DNA of 64,000 nucleotides from the human T2T-CHM13v2.0 reference genome, Homo sapiens, in assembly GCF_009914755.1 (NCBI RefSeq), contig NC_060925.1. One strand, given 5' to 3'. Under the pieces are notes generated by a model, which saw nothing but the letters and a program-made list of their open reading frames with translations, was not told where the DNA came from and did no database searches. A program made the position numbers and the translations under genes. Numbering within the stretch: position 1 is the stretch's first letter; each line of letters opens with the position of its first letter. Shown piece after piece: positions 13,091 to 27,196 of this stretch.

Positions 13091-13475
13091 GCATCTTATA
13101 ATTATAGTTGTCACCTTTTTTTCATGAGATACAAAAAATAATGGTGAGTCTTAAAATTGATGGCTTTCTTAAAATTGATGAAAAAGAGCTGAAGATATCG
13201 TATTTTTGATGTTGAATATTACAGTTCCAAAAGAATATGATTATATTTTGCATACAGGAACCTTTTAGTTTTTAGGGGTAAGCATTATATATAGCAGTGT
13301 TTTAAACTTTTTATTTGGAAGTAATTTCAAACTTACAGAAGAGTTAAAAACAATACAACTAGTAGAGAGAAGACCTGTATACTCTTTACCAAGATTGTTA
13401 CCAATATCTCAGTGTTACCAGTGTTACCAAAATCTCAGATATTGATGACATTTTACCTAATTTGCTTTGCATTCT

Positions 13476-13769
13476 CTTTCTTTTTTTGAGACAAAGTCTC
13501 GCTCTGTCAGCCAGGCTGGAGTGCCATGGCCTGATCTTGGCTCACTGCAACCTCCACCTCCTAGGTTCCAGCTATTCTCCTGCCTCAGCCTTCTGTGTAG
13601 CTGAGATTACAGGTGTGCCCTACAACGCCTGGCTAATTTTGTATATTTTTAGTAGTGATGGGGTTTCACCATGTTGGTCAGGCTGGCCTTGAACTCCTGA
13701 CCTCAAATGATCTGCCTGCCTCAGCCTCCCAAAGTGCTGGGATTACAGGCATAAGCCACTGTGCCCAGC
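13476..13769 (-). mobile_element. AluS
   Basis: Dimer. Confidence 0.92.
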
Positions 13770-14446
13770 TTGCACTCTCTTTCTCTTCTCCCTGCTACTC
13801 CCTATACACACACAGTTGTTTTCCTGAACACTTTTAAGAGTGAGTTAAATACATCGTGGCCCTTTCCTCCAAGTGCTTTAGTGTATGTTTTCCAAGAATA
13901 GGGATATCGCTTACATCACCACAGTATACTTATCAACATACGTGAATTTAGCATTCATACACAACTTTTAATCTAACCTGCCATTTGCCTTCCTATTTTG
14001 CCAGTTAACCTAATAATATCCTTTCCCCCACTCCAGTTCAGAATTCATTCCAGGATTAGATATTGCATTTAGTTACCATATGTCTTTAGCTTTCTTTAAC
14101 CTGGAACATTTCCACAGCCTTCCTCTGTCTCTTAAGACTTGGACGTTTTTGGAGAATACATCCATTTTTCCTCTTTTTAATATAACATTGCCCATTTTTG
14201 GCTTTGTTTAATATTTGTGACTAAATTCAGATTATATATTGCTGCATAGTTTATATGTCCTTCACAGAGTATCACATCTGGAGGCAGATGGCTATCACAG
14301 AGATAGCCATCTGTCCCTTGATGATGATGATGTTAATTCTGATTACATAGTTAAGATGTCTGATTTCTTCCCACTATGATTACTTTTTTTCTTCCTTGCA
14401 ACCAGTAAGCAGTCTGTGAGGAAACACATTAAGACCATGAAAATAT

Positions 14447-14775
<329 letters not shown>

Positions 14776-16192
14776 TCATCAAAATATCCTCCTTAATTTA
14801 ACATTCTTGTATGATTCTTGTTGGATCTAGTCTGTACTATGATGATTGCAAAATGATTAATTTCTCAACTCTTGCCTTCTCTCTACATTTTGTATTCAGT
14901 CCTTGGCATTCTGATGTAAACCAGAGCTTTCCCTTTTCTTCCATTTAACTACTTGTTATTGATATAGATTCCTAAATTTAACCCCACCTCCTCCCCCCAG
15001 TACTATATAATTGACTGAAGTACCTGATTATTTTGGTGTTCAAATTGCCCTAGAATCAACCAGTTGGAGCCCCTTCGAACCCTATCTTTATGACATGCCT
15101 GCATCATTTTTTTGAGCACTTCCTTTTTAGCATAACAAAGCATCTTTCAATTTAAAAAGTCTGTAGCAACACCGACAAAGAAGTACTAGATATTGAGTTA
15201 ATTTAACTTTGAATAAGCGTTATTTTAAAATCTTGGACTTTTATGATTAAGTGGTATATTATGCCTGAACTGTGCCTAAATGTAAAGGAATGCAATCCTT
15301 CCTTTTCTCAGTAAGTTCCATGTTTGATCAACTTGAATATAGAAACCTAGACAAATATAGGTGAAATAGTTGAATGCCTAATTATATATATGTTCTTTGC
15401 TAACTGGGTAGAACATTTGCACACACATTTAAATATATTACACAAAACAATAACTTAGAAATGTTACTTTTTGCCCACCCTTATATTCATACAACAATTT
15501 TATCAGACTCTCATAATCTTTAATATTGATATCTTCATCATCCTTAAAACTACTTTTTGAATAATTTTAAGGCATTTTTTCCAGAGCACATTATGTCAAC
15601 TTCTGCCTGAGTTGAGAGAAAATGCCTTTTGAATCAGTATATGCTACTAACATTGGATATTTTACCAAAAACACGAGTACACATTTGTACACATTAGGAC
15701 AATTGTTTTTAAAGTTACTTTGAATACATAAATGCTATATTGGTTTTATTTCTTTGTTAATTGACACAGAAGAGTTGTATTATTGTGTACATGTTTTGAG
15801 ATATGTATACTTGTGGAATGGCTAAATTACATTGTTTTTATTTTAACAACTATTTTGCTGATGCTAATATCTAACACTTGCAACCTTGGACTCATATATC
15901 CAACAGTAATTACTGAATCCATGTTAAATTTCATTGCTTCCTTTTCCACTGATTCTGTCAGATAATCTCTGTAAACATCCAAATGTTAATTGACTAAGAT
16001 TTCTTCAGGTGAATGACTCTTCCCTAAACAATACTTTGTTCAGCATAACAGACCAAATTACCTGTGATACAGAAGATTTAGTAAATTCTTGGATTTTTCT
16101 ATATTGGTAAAAGAAACATTTGCATTTCATTGGATTAAATGTGGTATTTAATATGTTTAAATCAGACTGTAAACAGTGGAATTTAAGGTAGT

Positions 16193-16206
16193 CCAGCAGG
16201 TGGCAG
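16193..16206 (+). promoter_or_regulatory. CTCF core motif
   Basis: CCAGCAGGTGGCAG matches CCASYAGRKGGCRS and stands out in AT-rich unique DNA. Confidence 0.55.
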
Positions 16207-16239
16207 CCTTACCAAGAAAATTCTTAACACCTCTGAATC

Positions 16240-16545
16240 TTTTTTGTTAGACTGGGTCTCACTCTGTCACCCAGCCTGGAGTGCAGTGGTGTGATCATGG
16301 CTTACTACATCTTTCATTGCCTAGGCTCAAGCGATCCTCCCATCTCAGCCTCCTGAGGAGCTGAGACTACAGGCACATGCCATCATTCTTAGCTAATTAA
16401 ACATCTTTTTTTTGGAGAGATGGGGGTCTCCCTATGCTGCCCAGGCTGGTCTTGAACTCCTGAGTTCAAGTGATCTTGACTTGGCTTCCTAAAGTGCTTG
16501 GCTTCCCAAAGTGCTGGGATTATAGGCGTGAGCCACTGTGCCTGA
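16240..16545 (-). mobile_element. AluJ
   Basis: J-type features (gatcatggct, ggctcaagcgatcctccc). Confidence 0.9.
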
Positions 16546-16720
16546 CCCAAATCTTTAATAACTGCTGCTGACAAAGTTAATTTGTAATATAAAAGCATTG
16601 GTGTGAAAGAAAATCCTTCAAATTACATAATTTTTATCTTCTGAACGAGAAAATAAAATTTATCATTAAAAAATTTTTAAAATCATTATTTAAATTATGT
16701 AAAATTATCAACATTCTGGG

Positions 16721-17032
<312 letters not shown>

Positions 17033-17749
17033 AATATTCTGTTTTTTTTTTTGAAAAATATATTATGAAAGAAGCCATTTCTGTGTGCATCCAAGGGTTT
17101 AAGGGTTGTTTATATCTAGATATTTTGCAAATTATACTGCAGTTGTCTGTCTTGACCCTTTTGATAACAAGCACTATGTTGTTTATCCCAGAATCCCCAG
17201 CATCTACTATAGTGCTTGGAATACAGAGCTTTATACTTAGCTACTTACTCCTTACTTAGCACTTTCTCAGTGCCAGGCACTGTTCTAGGTGGTATTTCTG
17301 AGGTATAGGTACTATTATCTTCATTTTTCAGTTGAGGAAACTGAGGTACAAAAGTTACATAACTTGACCAAGGCTATAAAATTACTTTTTAACTAAGTAC
17401 ATCTAGTACTAGAACACATATTCTTACTCTCTACTGCTTCTTTTTAAATACTTGACTAAATCAATAAAAAGTATATAAAAGTTTATAAAGTTAGAGCATT
17501 GGCTAAATTTGTTGTAATATGGAATTAATAACTGCACACTGCACCAATAAAATCCTATGTATTTTAAAGAATGTATGAAAACTGTTCTCAAGTCATGAAA
17601 ACTTTTAATATTCTTTTCCTTTTCTTGATTACCCATGTTGGATATCACATATTAAGCTTTATTTAATAACTGGATATAAAAGAGCAATAATAATGGCCAA
17701 CATTTAATGAACACTTACTATTTGGTGGCCATTGAACAACTTTTCTTAA

Positions 17750-18077
<328 letters not shown>

Positions 18078-20699
18078 TATTACTCCATTTTATAGATGAT
18101 GAAACAGAGGTTTAATCAGGTTAAGTAACTTTGGTTACTTGGCCAGAAACTGGTAGAGCCAGGATTTAAACCAGGGTCATCTGATTTCTGACTGTGTACT
18201 CTTAAAGGCTAAACCCAATTAATTCTTGATTATATACTAGGTTTAAAATTAAGCCAGTTTGAAGATAAATGAATTGGTATTCTTTGGTATCTTTTCAGCA
18301 GAATTTAAAAGTGCGAACTTAGATGTTAGGGCATTCAAGTGATTGCTCAGAAATTTCAAACCCTCAGTGCCTTGGGAGAAAAGCCAATTTGTAGAAGAGA
18401 AAGCTGACATTAACAACTAAGAGGAGAAAGCAAGATCATTGTATATGAAATGTGTGAGGAGTGGTAGGGCAAAGCTTACTTATTGAGGGTCTCCAGCTGA
18501 GATGTTAAAGTGTGTGTACATGAGGTCAGGCTCTTCTGGTGTTCCCAAAGCAGAAATGGTGATCATTTCTCTCTCTGACTAGCTGCCATTATTATGGGTT
18601 TTGGTATCACCACATACAGAAATATTGCAAAAGATTTCTTGCATACTAACACATTGATATGTATTTTTAAAGCCTTGATAGTGTTTAAAATACACTATTA
18701 CTAGCACTGTTACCTAAATGCACTATTACTAGCACTATTACTTAGCACCTACTTGGATGCTTTGAATAGTTTGCTATGCTCAATATTCCAAAGGTGAGAG
18801 AAGGGGAAATTTTTTCAGTCTTTGCCATTAGTGCTCTGTCTAGTTGATTTTTTTTTTTGCCAAGTATTACTTCTTATTTCATGATAAAATGATTCAAGAC
18901 AAATAATACCATATACATTTAGAAAATGGGCCTCTTTATTATTCCTTAACATGAAGAGGTTCCAATAATGGTAGTTTCAGGCCTTGGGGAAGGGTAATCA
19001 GGAAGCGATTTTTGGCACCAGGTTTTATGTCTGTCCTATCACTCTTCTCAGGGGTCTGCCCTCATATTAATACTTGTGCTAACCAGAATGAAGTAGTGAT
19101 ACAGCAAGCAGAATATAATGATTAGAGTTGTTATAAGCACACAACTCAATTTGCAGTGAGTAACATGGGCCAACACTGTTGGAAAATAAGGATTTCCATG
19201 AGCCACTTCTATCTCACATTGATTTGGGGGGATACAATCATTATATATACATTAGAAAAACATCACTTCTAAATGGCAGTGATCATATCAGATCATGTAG
19301 TTTGATCATTTGGAGAGTTCAGTGATGTGCCTCTTTTGGTAGCAATTTTGCTTCAGTTTTCAATTTGTGCTTGCCGGCTTGCAGCACAAACTATATAATG
19401 AGAAACTGAAGTGATAAGAACCATACTGTGTAGCATGGGTGATTGATAGTACCTTTCCTTGTGTTATTTTCTTGAGGAAAAGATATCCTAGACAAGGAGT
19501 ACTGAAAAAATCACCCAGGGACTCTCTTCTTCTCATGAAACAGTTTTTTAGTGTGAGTTGACATCACTAAATTTGATGGACAGTAGAATTTGAATTGTTT
19601 ATTATTTTTTGACTGCTCTAACTTGATGTTAGACCATTCTGAGGGTCTTTTGCTGGATTTACTTAGTACTTATTTTTACTTTTGCCTTAGCAAGTTGTTA
19701 TAGTTTTATTTAGGTAAAAACTCAAGTTACTATCTTGAAGTTGCCTAGATGTCAGTCTGATTTGGATGTTTTATTCTCTTATGTGAATTAGTACGTTTAT
19801 GAACTTTTACAGCAAAATAAAGAATTTTAGATGTTATAATAATTTCTCTTAGAGGATATCATTCCTCCCTTTCCTGAAAATGGGAATAGATTAGTGGGAT
19901 GACCCATATTCTGCATAACATTTTAAAAGCTACCCTGTGAGCTTACTCACTTGTCCTTTTTGTGTTTTCTTTTAAGGCAGTAGAAGGATAACTCTCTTTT
20001 TCCATAGGAAAACAGGTATTACTTACTTATACAAAAGTACTTTCATTATTCTCTGTTAATGATTTCATGTGACAATTGATAGAAAGCTATTGGCATTTTC
20101 AGGTGAATAATTTGGGGAGTGGATAACTGGAAGCTTCTATCTGACTCTCAGCCTTTGAACTGAAACTTGTAATCAGGACAGAATTTTCAGCATCTTTTCA
20201 TTGCTGGCTTCTGTTGGCACCCAGTGGGGAGAGGCGGCATCATGGTTTAAGTATTAAATGTGGATGTAGTACTATTACGTTTTTAGCATTGTATTTTAAG
20301 AAATACTTTTAAAATATGAGCAATGAAAACATATATTGTTGTCTGTAATGTGTTCTCATAAGTTGATTGATTCTAGATGTTTTGGAGCTCATTAAAAAAA
20401 ATTCCAGTTTGAAGTAATTGTAGATGCACAGGAAATTGCAATAATAGTATAGAGATGCTCTATGTGTGCTTCCCCATTTCCCCCTATGGTAACATCTTAC
20501 ATAACCATAGTACAGTATCACAGCTAGGAAACTGGCATTGGTACAATTTGCAGACCTCTATTGCAGCTCTTTTTGAATCCTTTTATAAATCACAGTATAC
20601 TTCTATAATATAAACATTTAATTTATTGGTTTAAGAAATTTGGATATGTAGCCTGGCTGCTAATTAGAAGAGATTGGGTATTTTAACCATATCCTATCC

Positions 20700-21425
20700 A
20701 GTTACCAGGTTATTGCCCCTTGGCTCCAAATCTGTCCTCTTAGCTGATCTGCATTAATGGAGCTTTAAACATTTCTTCTTTGCAGCAAGCACAATATTAA
20801 ATTATGCCAGTAGAGGGTGTTGCAGGGACACTGCAGGAAGATGGGGTTTCTTTTGTTTCTGATGTGTTACATTTATTGTTTTCTTGCTCTTGCTTATTGT
20901 AAGATCCAGGGACATCCAGTGATGCTGTGCTTTTGCTGATGTTTGGTTCAACCCAGCTGTGCACTCACATGCAGTCCCTCCGTGAGCTCATAGCTTTGGT
21001 TCTGTCTCAGTGAGGCCCTCCTACAGCCTTCCTGACACAGACACTGTGTGCCCCAGGCCTCGTACCACCCTGCCAGTGAGCTGACTCTGGAAGCCCTGAT
21101 TTCCTTTGCCCACCTGCCTGCCAGCCTTTGCTGGCTGCAGCCCAGAGGGTTTCCTGCGTGCCTGTGGTCTAGCTTTGCCTGGGCAGTCCAACAAACTTCT
21201 TTGCTATTCATTGGGCTGTAATCCTGCCTTCTCCAGTGAGGTCTGAATACCACCTTTGGTGAAAGGACCCAACTTCCACGTTAGTTCTTCTTGTGGTACT
21301 CTCCCTTAGCTTTAGGGTTAAATTCTCTTTGTAGTTACTCTACTATGACAGTTAATAATTCTTTATAGTAAATTTTCCCTGTTTAAATTACTGTGTTTTC
21401 TGTCCTAATCAAATGCTGACTTACA
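20700..21425 (+). mobile_element. ERVL-class solo LTR (LTR50/LTR41-like)
   Basis: ggttattgccccttggctccaaat start, cagtagaggg..gggacactgcagga, and ERVL-type 3' end aaattactgtg...tgacttaca. Confidence 0.65.
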
Positions 21426-22319
21426 GTATCTAATTGAATTAATATCTAATGATATTAAGCAGTCCATAAAGTTTCTGATATTTTTCCAGGAAAAACAAAA
21501 CAAAAAAGTGGTTATTTTAGATAATCTTTTTACTGTCACAGTAATGGCAAGGAAAAAACAACTATTATTTCTACCGTATGTTTATTTCCATTCCACGCAC
21601 AGCCTTTTTCTTACTAAAGCAAGAAACCCTGCAAAGTAGATTATCTTTTATTTACTTTTTTTTTTTTAACGGGGAGTAGGGAGCTAAAGCATTTTATTTT
21701 GCCTTGCTATGAGATCTAGCTTATAATTGGCAACACAAGTATTTGAATCAAGACCATCTTGCTATTCTTCCTAAAGCCTTTTCATTTGACTCTTCTGTAT
21801 GACTTTCTTTCTTTTTTGGGGGGCCGGGGGATGTTTACAGGGGTCAGTATTAAGTACCTATAAATAGGATATGATTATTTTATTTCTTTAGTAAATATTG
21901 TTTAGTTACTAATATTTTATCCGTATTTGTAATAGTAGCATAGTTGTTTTATTCCCTTTTCAAGATCTTTGGATCATTTGAAGGGAAGAGGGAGGAAGAC
22001 TTAAAAATGTTATTTTTTTTTTAGTAGGACTTTAAGCAATTAATTAAAAGTTAAATATGTCTTATAGGTGAAATTTTGTATTTGTGCTTTAAATATTTGA
22101 TTTTTAAAATTTTCAGCATATTTTAATAAATTTACTCATTCTTTTTATTTCCCTGGTATTTTTTAAATTTTGAAGTTTTATATATTTAGGTGAATTATTT
22201 CATTATTCCACTGTACTACAAGAAACTTAATTCTTTTATAATATGAAATGTCCCTGCTTTTAAGGCTAATTTTCTACTTGTATACTCTATTTTATTCCAT
22301 TTTGACATCTCAAAGACAT

Positions 22320-22690
22320 TGTTTAAGCAGTCTTTCTTCTACCACACTTGCTTGTTAGATTAGCCCATCCAGTCTCATGACTTTAAATATATCTATGACT
22401 GGATGATTCCAAATGTTTTTCTCTGACCTGAGGTCTCCAAACTTATATATTCAACAACTTCAGATCTTCATCTGGCATCTCAAAGTTAATATGTTCAAAA
22501 ATCAAACTAAAAAATCAAGTTTGACACTGTCCCAAACTTGTTCCTCCTGTAATTTCTCACAGTCTTTTTAATTTGTAACTTGATCTTTCCAATTATTGTA
22601 GATGAAAAACTTGGCATTTTCAACTCCATTTTCTCTCACTCTACATCTAATTCTTCATTAAATCATATTAGTTCTACTTCCAACTATGTA
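22320..22690 (+). mobile_element. L2 fragment
   Basis: catccagtctcatgactttaaata and ggcatctcaaagttaatatg motifs. Confidence 0.7.
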
Positions 22691-23394
22691 AAGAAAGAAA
22701 AACCCTAGAGGAAAGGGATTAAAGAAAAAATACGAATAGAAATGGGAAAAAATATAGACTGTAGATAAAAGAAAAAAATTAGAAAAAAAAACAAAAGAAA
22801 TGACAATCGAGAGAAAAAGAAATAGGAACTCCAAGTCTAATCACTAGTTTTCTTATTTTATCAAAAGTTAATGTAGGTACTTTTGCTATAAATTTTCTCA
22901 TAAAATTGAATTCATCATTTTTTGCCCATGTTTTGTTCAACCCTATCTACATGTGTTTTATGAGTGATAATCAGGAATCAGTAGCCTGCAAAATGAGCCT
23001 TTATGAAGGAGAAAAATGGACTTTTGTTAATCAGCTGTAGCTGTACAGGGGAAGATATTCCTTTTCTTTATGCTTTTAGATGTTTTTGAATTGTGTTTAC
23101 AAATACATTCAATTGTAAAAATACTTGTAAATTAGCACCCGTTTATTTTGATGCATATAGCTAGTATCTGCAAAAGCCCAAATAATGTATCACTATCTGA
23201 ATGTCCTGTATTAGTCTTACTGAATGGAAAAGCAAAATAATTGATTTTAAATGTTTTAAGCAGGGATTAAACCATGTCAGACTTTGAAATTTATTGGTTT
23301 TCTTGTTATAATCATTTTTAATATATTTTAAAATCTGACTGTAGCTAAGTTCTCATTTTGTATTTGAAGGGAGTTAGTAAAAGTACTCATATTT

Positions 23395-23507
23395 GGTGGG
23401 AGGATGGCTTGAATCAGGAAGTGGAGGTTGCAGAGCTGAGATTGTGCCACTGCACTCCAGCCTGGGTGACAGAGCTGGAGCCTGTCTTGAAAAAAAAAAA
23501 AAAAAAA
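23395..23507 (+). mobile_element. Truncated Alu right arm
   Basis: Poly-A tail and TSD aaag(t/c)actcatatttg. Confidence 0.85.
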
Positions 23508-24402
23508 GTGAAGAAGGAAAGCACTCATATTTGAGTTATTCTGCATTTTAAATTTTGACCCTTTATTAATGTGAGAATTAATGGGAACATTATTGCTAAG
23601 GATGGTATGGAGGGTTTTTTTGTTTTTATTTTTGAAATTTATTCAATGAAAAATTTTAAGAACATTGACCTAAAAATATTCTTCTTTCTGTATGTTATTT
23701 TCTCTGTACTGGTATTTTTTTTTGTTTTTGAAATTTGTTGGTTGAAAATTTAAAAAAAGTGGACCTAAGATATTCTTCTTTTATAGCCTATCTGCATGTT
23801 AAATTCTCTGTACTGGTAGCAGCTCTATGGCAGTCCTAAGATCTATTTAGGTTATTTTTTTCTTGGTGATTTTTCCTAGTGTTCTAGGAAATCTAAGATA
23901 GATAGTTAGTTACATAGACAGATAGATAGATAAAACGATTTCCTACCTGATGAATGAAAAGAGTAACCAATTTTTAAATCTGGAGAGACTCCTTCTTCCT
24001 ATTACTGATATCACTGAAGTTACTAGAGTGAAATTTTTAGGATAAATAGCTATAGAGTACCCTCATCTGGGTTTGAATCTTGGCTTTACAGTGATCTTGG
24101 TCAAGTTATTTAACTTCTCTGTGCTTCAGTTTGCAATTTGTAAATTGTGAATAAAACTTACCTCTTAAGATTGTGGGGAGAAGATTAGCTAGTAACTGTA
24201 AAGTGTTCACAATAATGCTTAATAAATGCATGCTATTATTACTATTAGTGGTACTATTACAACAACCACAGTTAAGATTTTAAGACTATTGGTCTTTTTT
24301 GAGTGATAATCAGAAGTAAGTAACCTGCAAAATCTGAGTAGACTGCTACCACTGGAAGGCAAAATCTTGGCTAGAGTTCTTTAGAACCTATGTGTGTATA
24401 TA

Positions 24403-25906
24403 CAGGCAGTCCTTGCTTTGTAGTTATGGTATACATTATTTTCTCTTACCGTGGTTCAGTTACAACACTAGTCTCCCAAACACATGGTTCAAATTTCTGT
24501 TACCATAGTATATTAACAGAGTAATTGCAAAACAAACTCTGCTGTTCAGTCCACAAGTCACTATATACATACATGATTAGTGACCAATCATGTCGCTTCT
24601 TCCAAAGTCTGTTGGTGATTGGTCACTGTGTATCTGTTATTCACTTTACTTACAGATAGCAAAGTATGTGGTTGTGTTGCCTCTTTGTCTCTGGTAATAA
24701 ATCCATTTGACATTTTACAAAAATGGATAATCCAAAGAGGAAATTGGCCAACAAAGCTAACAGTGCTACAAAGAAATGAAAAGTCATAATGCTGAAAGTG
24801 AAATTGCATGTAATTTTAGAAGATGCACAGTCTTAGAAGATTTTAAAATGGCAACAGCAAAATGAAGACAGAATGAGACCTAGGCCTGTATAAAGTTGTG
24901 ATATGAACCATATTGAAAAAGTATGATAAATTTAAAAAAATGATAAAATCACTCCAACATCCTTTAGTTTAAGTTTCACTAGGAACAGAAAGCTGCTTAT
25001 GGTTTAACTGGAGCATATACTTCTGCTTTGGATTAAGACTGTAATAAACAAAAATTCCAATCAGTTTTGCTAGCATGTCAGCCAAAATACTGAAGTTAGA
25101 TGCCACATCAAAAGGAAATAGTAATTATAAGGAGACTGGAGATTATGCAATTTCTTTATCTCAATTTTGGGAGAAATATGACATAAAGCATGCAGTTGAA
25201 GACATCATTTCAGGGAGCAACAATGAATATTATGTCTGTAGTATAGCAAACTTTTACTTCGCTATAGAAGTAACTTTGAAGGATATGAATAGGACACTTA
25301 TGGAGATGTAGAATAAATAGCTGTCTGTGGGAGTGTTGACACTGTTGCTATTCAGTGGACTCTAGATATGCAGCCAGATGAACTTTGTGAAGATGAACTT
25401 ATCAGTGTAAATAAGGAAAGTGGTTGTGATGAAAAGCATGAATGTTCCAGGGGAAATGACTCTGGCAAATTTTTCACATTAAAGGAACTCTTGGAGATAC
25501 TTCACAACATTGAACATGCAAAGAATAAAGTTTGGAAGTTAATCCAAACTTAGAAAGGAATATGACAGTTTGCCAAGATAGAAAAAATACTTTGTATTGT
25601 AAATTATATGAGAAGGCAGCAAGCACTGTTCAATATATTCTTGATAAGTTTTTTTAAATAATTAAAATACTTTAATTTTTGTGCTTCAAACAACGAAGTG
25701 CTAAATAAACAATAGTTTTACTTTTTAACAATTGTCCTATATATTTATAACTGAAAGTAAGAGAGTTTTTGAAGTTTGGACAAAAATTTTTAAAGGTTAC
25801 TGAAGAATCATAATTTTTCCTTTTGAAAAATATCATTTTATATGCAGTTTTGCTTATATGGTTATTTTTGTGGTTCCACACCACTGTACATAGTGACAAA
25901 TGCCTG
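24403..25906 (+). mobile_element. Tigger6-like DNA transposon with decayed transposase
   Basis: caggca...tgcctg inverted termini; MDNPKRKLANKANSATKK*KVIMLKVK from 24723; acidic tail remnant in ORF 25368..25553. Confidence 0.75.
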
Positions 25907-26082
25907 TGTATCTTTCTCTACTTCAGTCTTTTTAGTAAGGGAAATAACAGTCTCATTGACACAATAGAAGATTTGCCCAATTATCTTTTTGCTTTAGCCC
26001 CTTTGGGGAGACTGACTGAGATTCCAACTTTTATGAAATTATTTAGTTTTAGTGTTTTGCATAAAGTTTTGAAAAACTGTGA

Positions 26083-26447
<365 letters not shown>

Positions 26448-26862
26448 ACTTTTTCATTTTTAATAATAAAAGTTTAGTACAGCAAGAGAGCGTGTTCTTT
26501 TCCTCTCTCTCCTTCCCTACCTTCCATTTTTATCTTCATGGAGATATATGTAATTCCTAATGATTTGATAGACTAAAGGTAAAAGTTTTTAAAAAATTAG
26601 TTTCATATTGCAGGACATTAATACAACATCTGTTTTTCTCACTTTTTCCTGCAGTTAAGTCTAAAGCCGTATTAGTGATACAGAGTTTTTGGTATTTGTT
26701 CTAGAGGTTAACTTGGTGGTAAAAGCTGCTTAAAGTTCTATTTTGAGTAAACACTAAGTATTACTATGAAAGGGAGAGCTTTCTCTTCTTAATGGTAATG
26801 GTAATTATAATAATTTATAATTATCAACTGTTTTATAGTTTACAGTGCCCTTTCATCATGAG

Positions 26863-27196
26863 TTTTTTCTTTTCTTTTTCTTTTTTTTCTGAGACGGAGT
26901 CTTGCTCTGTTGCCCACGCTGGAGTGCAGTGGCGCAGTCTCGGCTCACACAAGCTTCGGCTCACACAAGCTCTGCCTCCCCGGTTCACGCCATTCTCTCG
27001 TCTAAGCCTCCCGAGTAGCTGGGACTACATGCGCCCGCCACCAGGCCCGGCTAATTTTTTTGTATTTTTAGTAGAGACGGGGTTTCATCTTGTTAGCCAG
27101 GATGGTCTCAATCTCCCGACCTCGTGATCCGCCCACCTCGGCCTCCCAAAGTGCTGGGATTTACAGGCGTGAGCCACTGCGCCACCGCGCCCGGCC
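26863..27196 (-). mobile_element. AluY with internal duplications
   Basis: Y diagnostics, many intact CpGs, TSD gagttttttc. Confidence 0.93.

Noticed and set aside
18693-18749. Short tandem duplications (also at about 13400, 35800, 38670 and 51750)
   Set aside because: Ordinary slippage products with no sign of function.
24723-25553. Domesticated Tigger transposase
   Set aside because: Early in-frame stop, fragmented frames and internal deletion.
26654-26706. Cryptic exon after tttttcctgcag
   Set aside because: Only weak donors follow; no further support.
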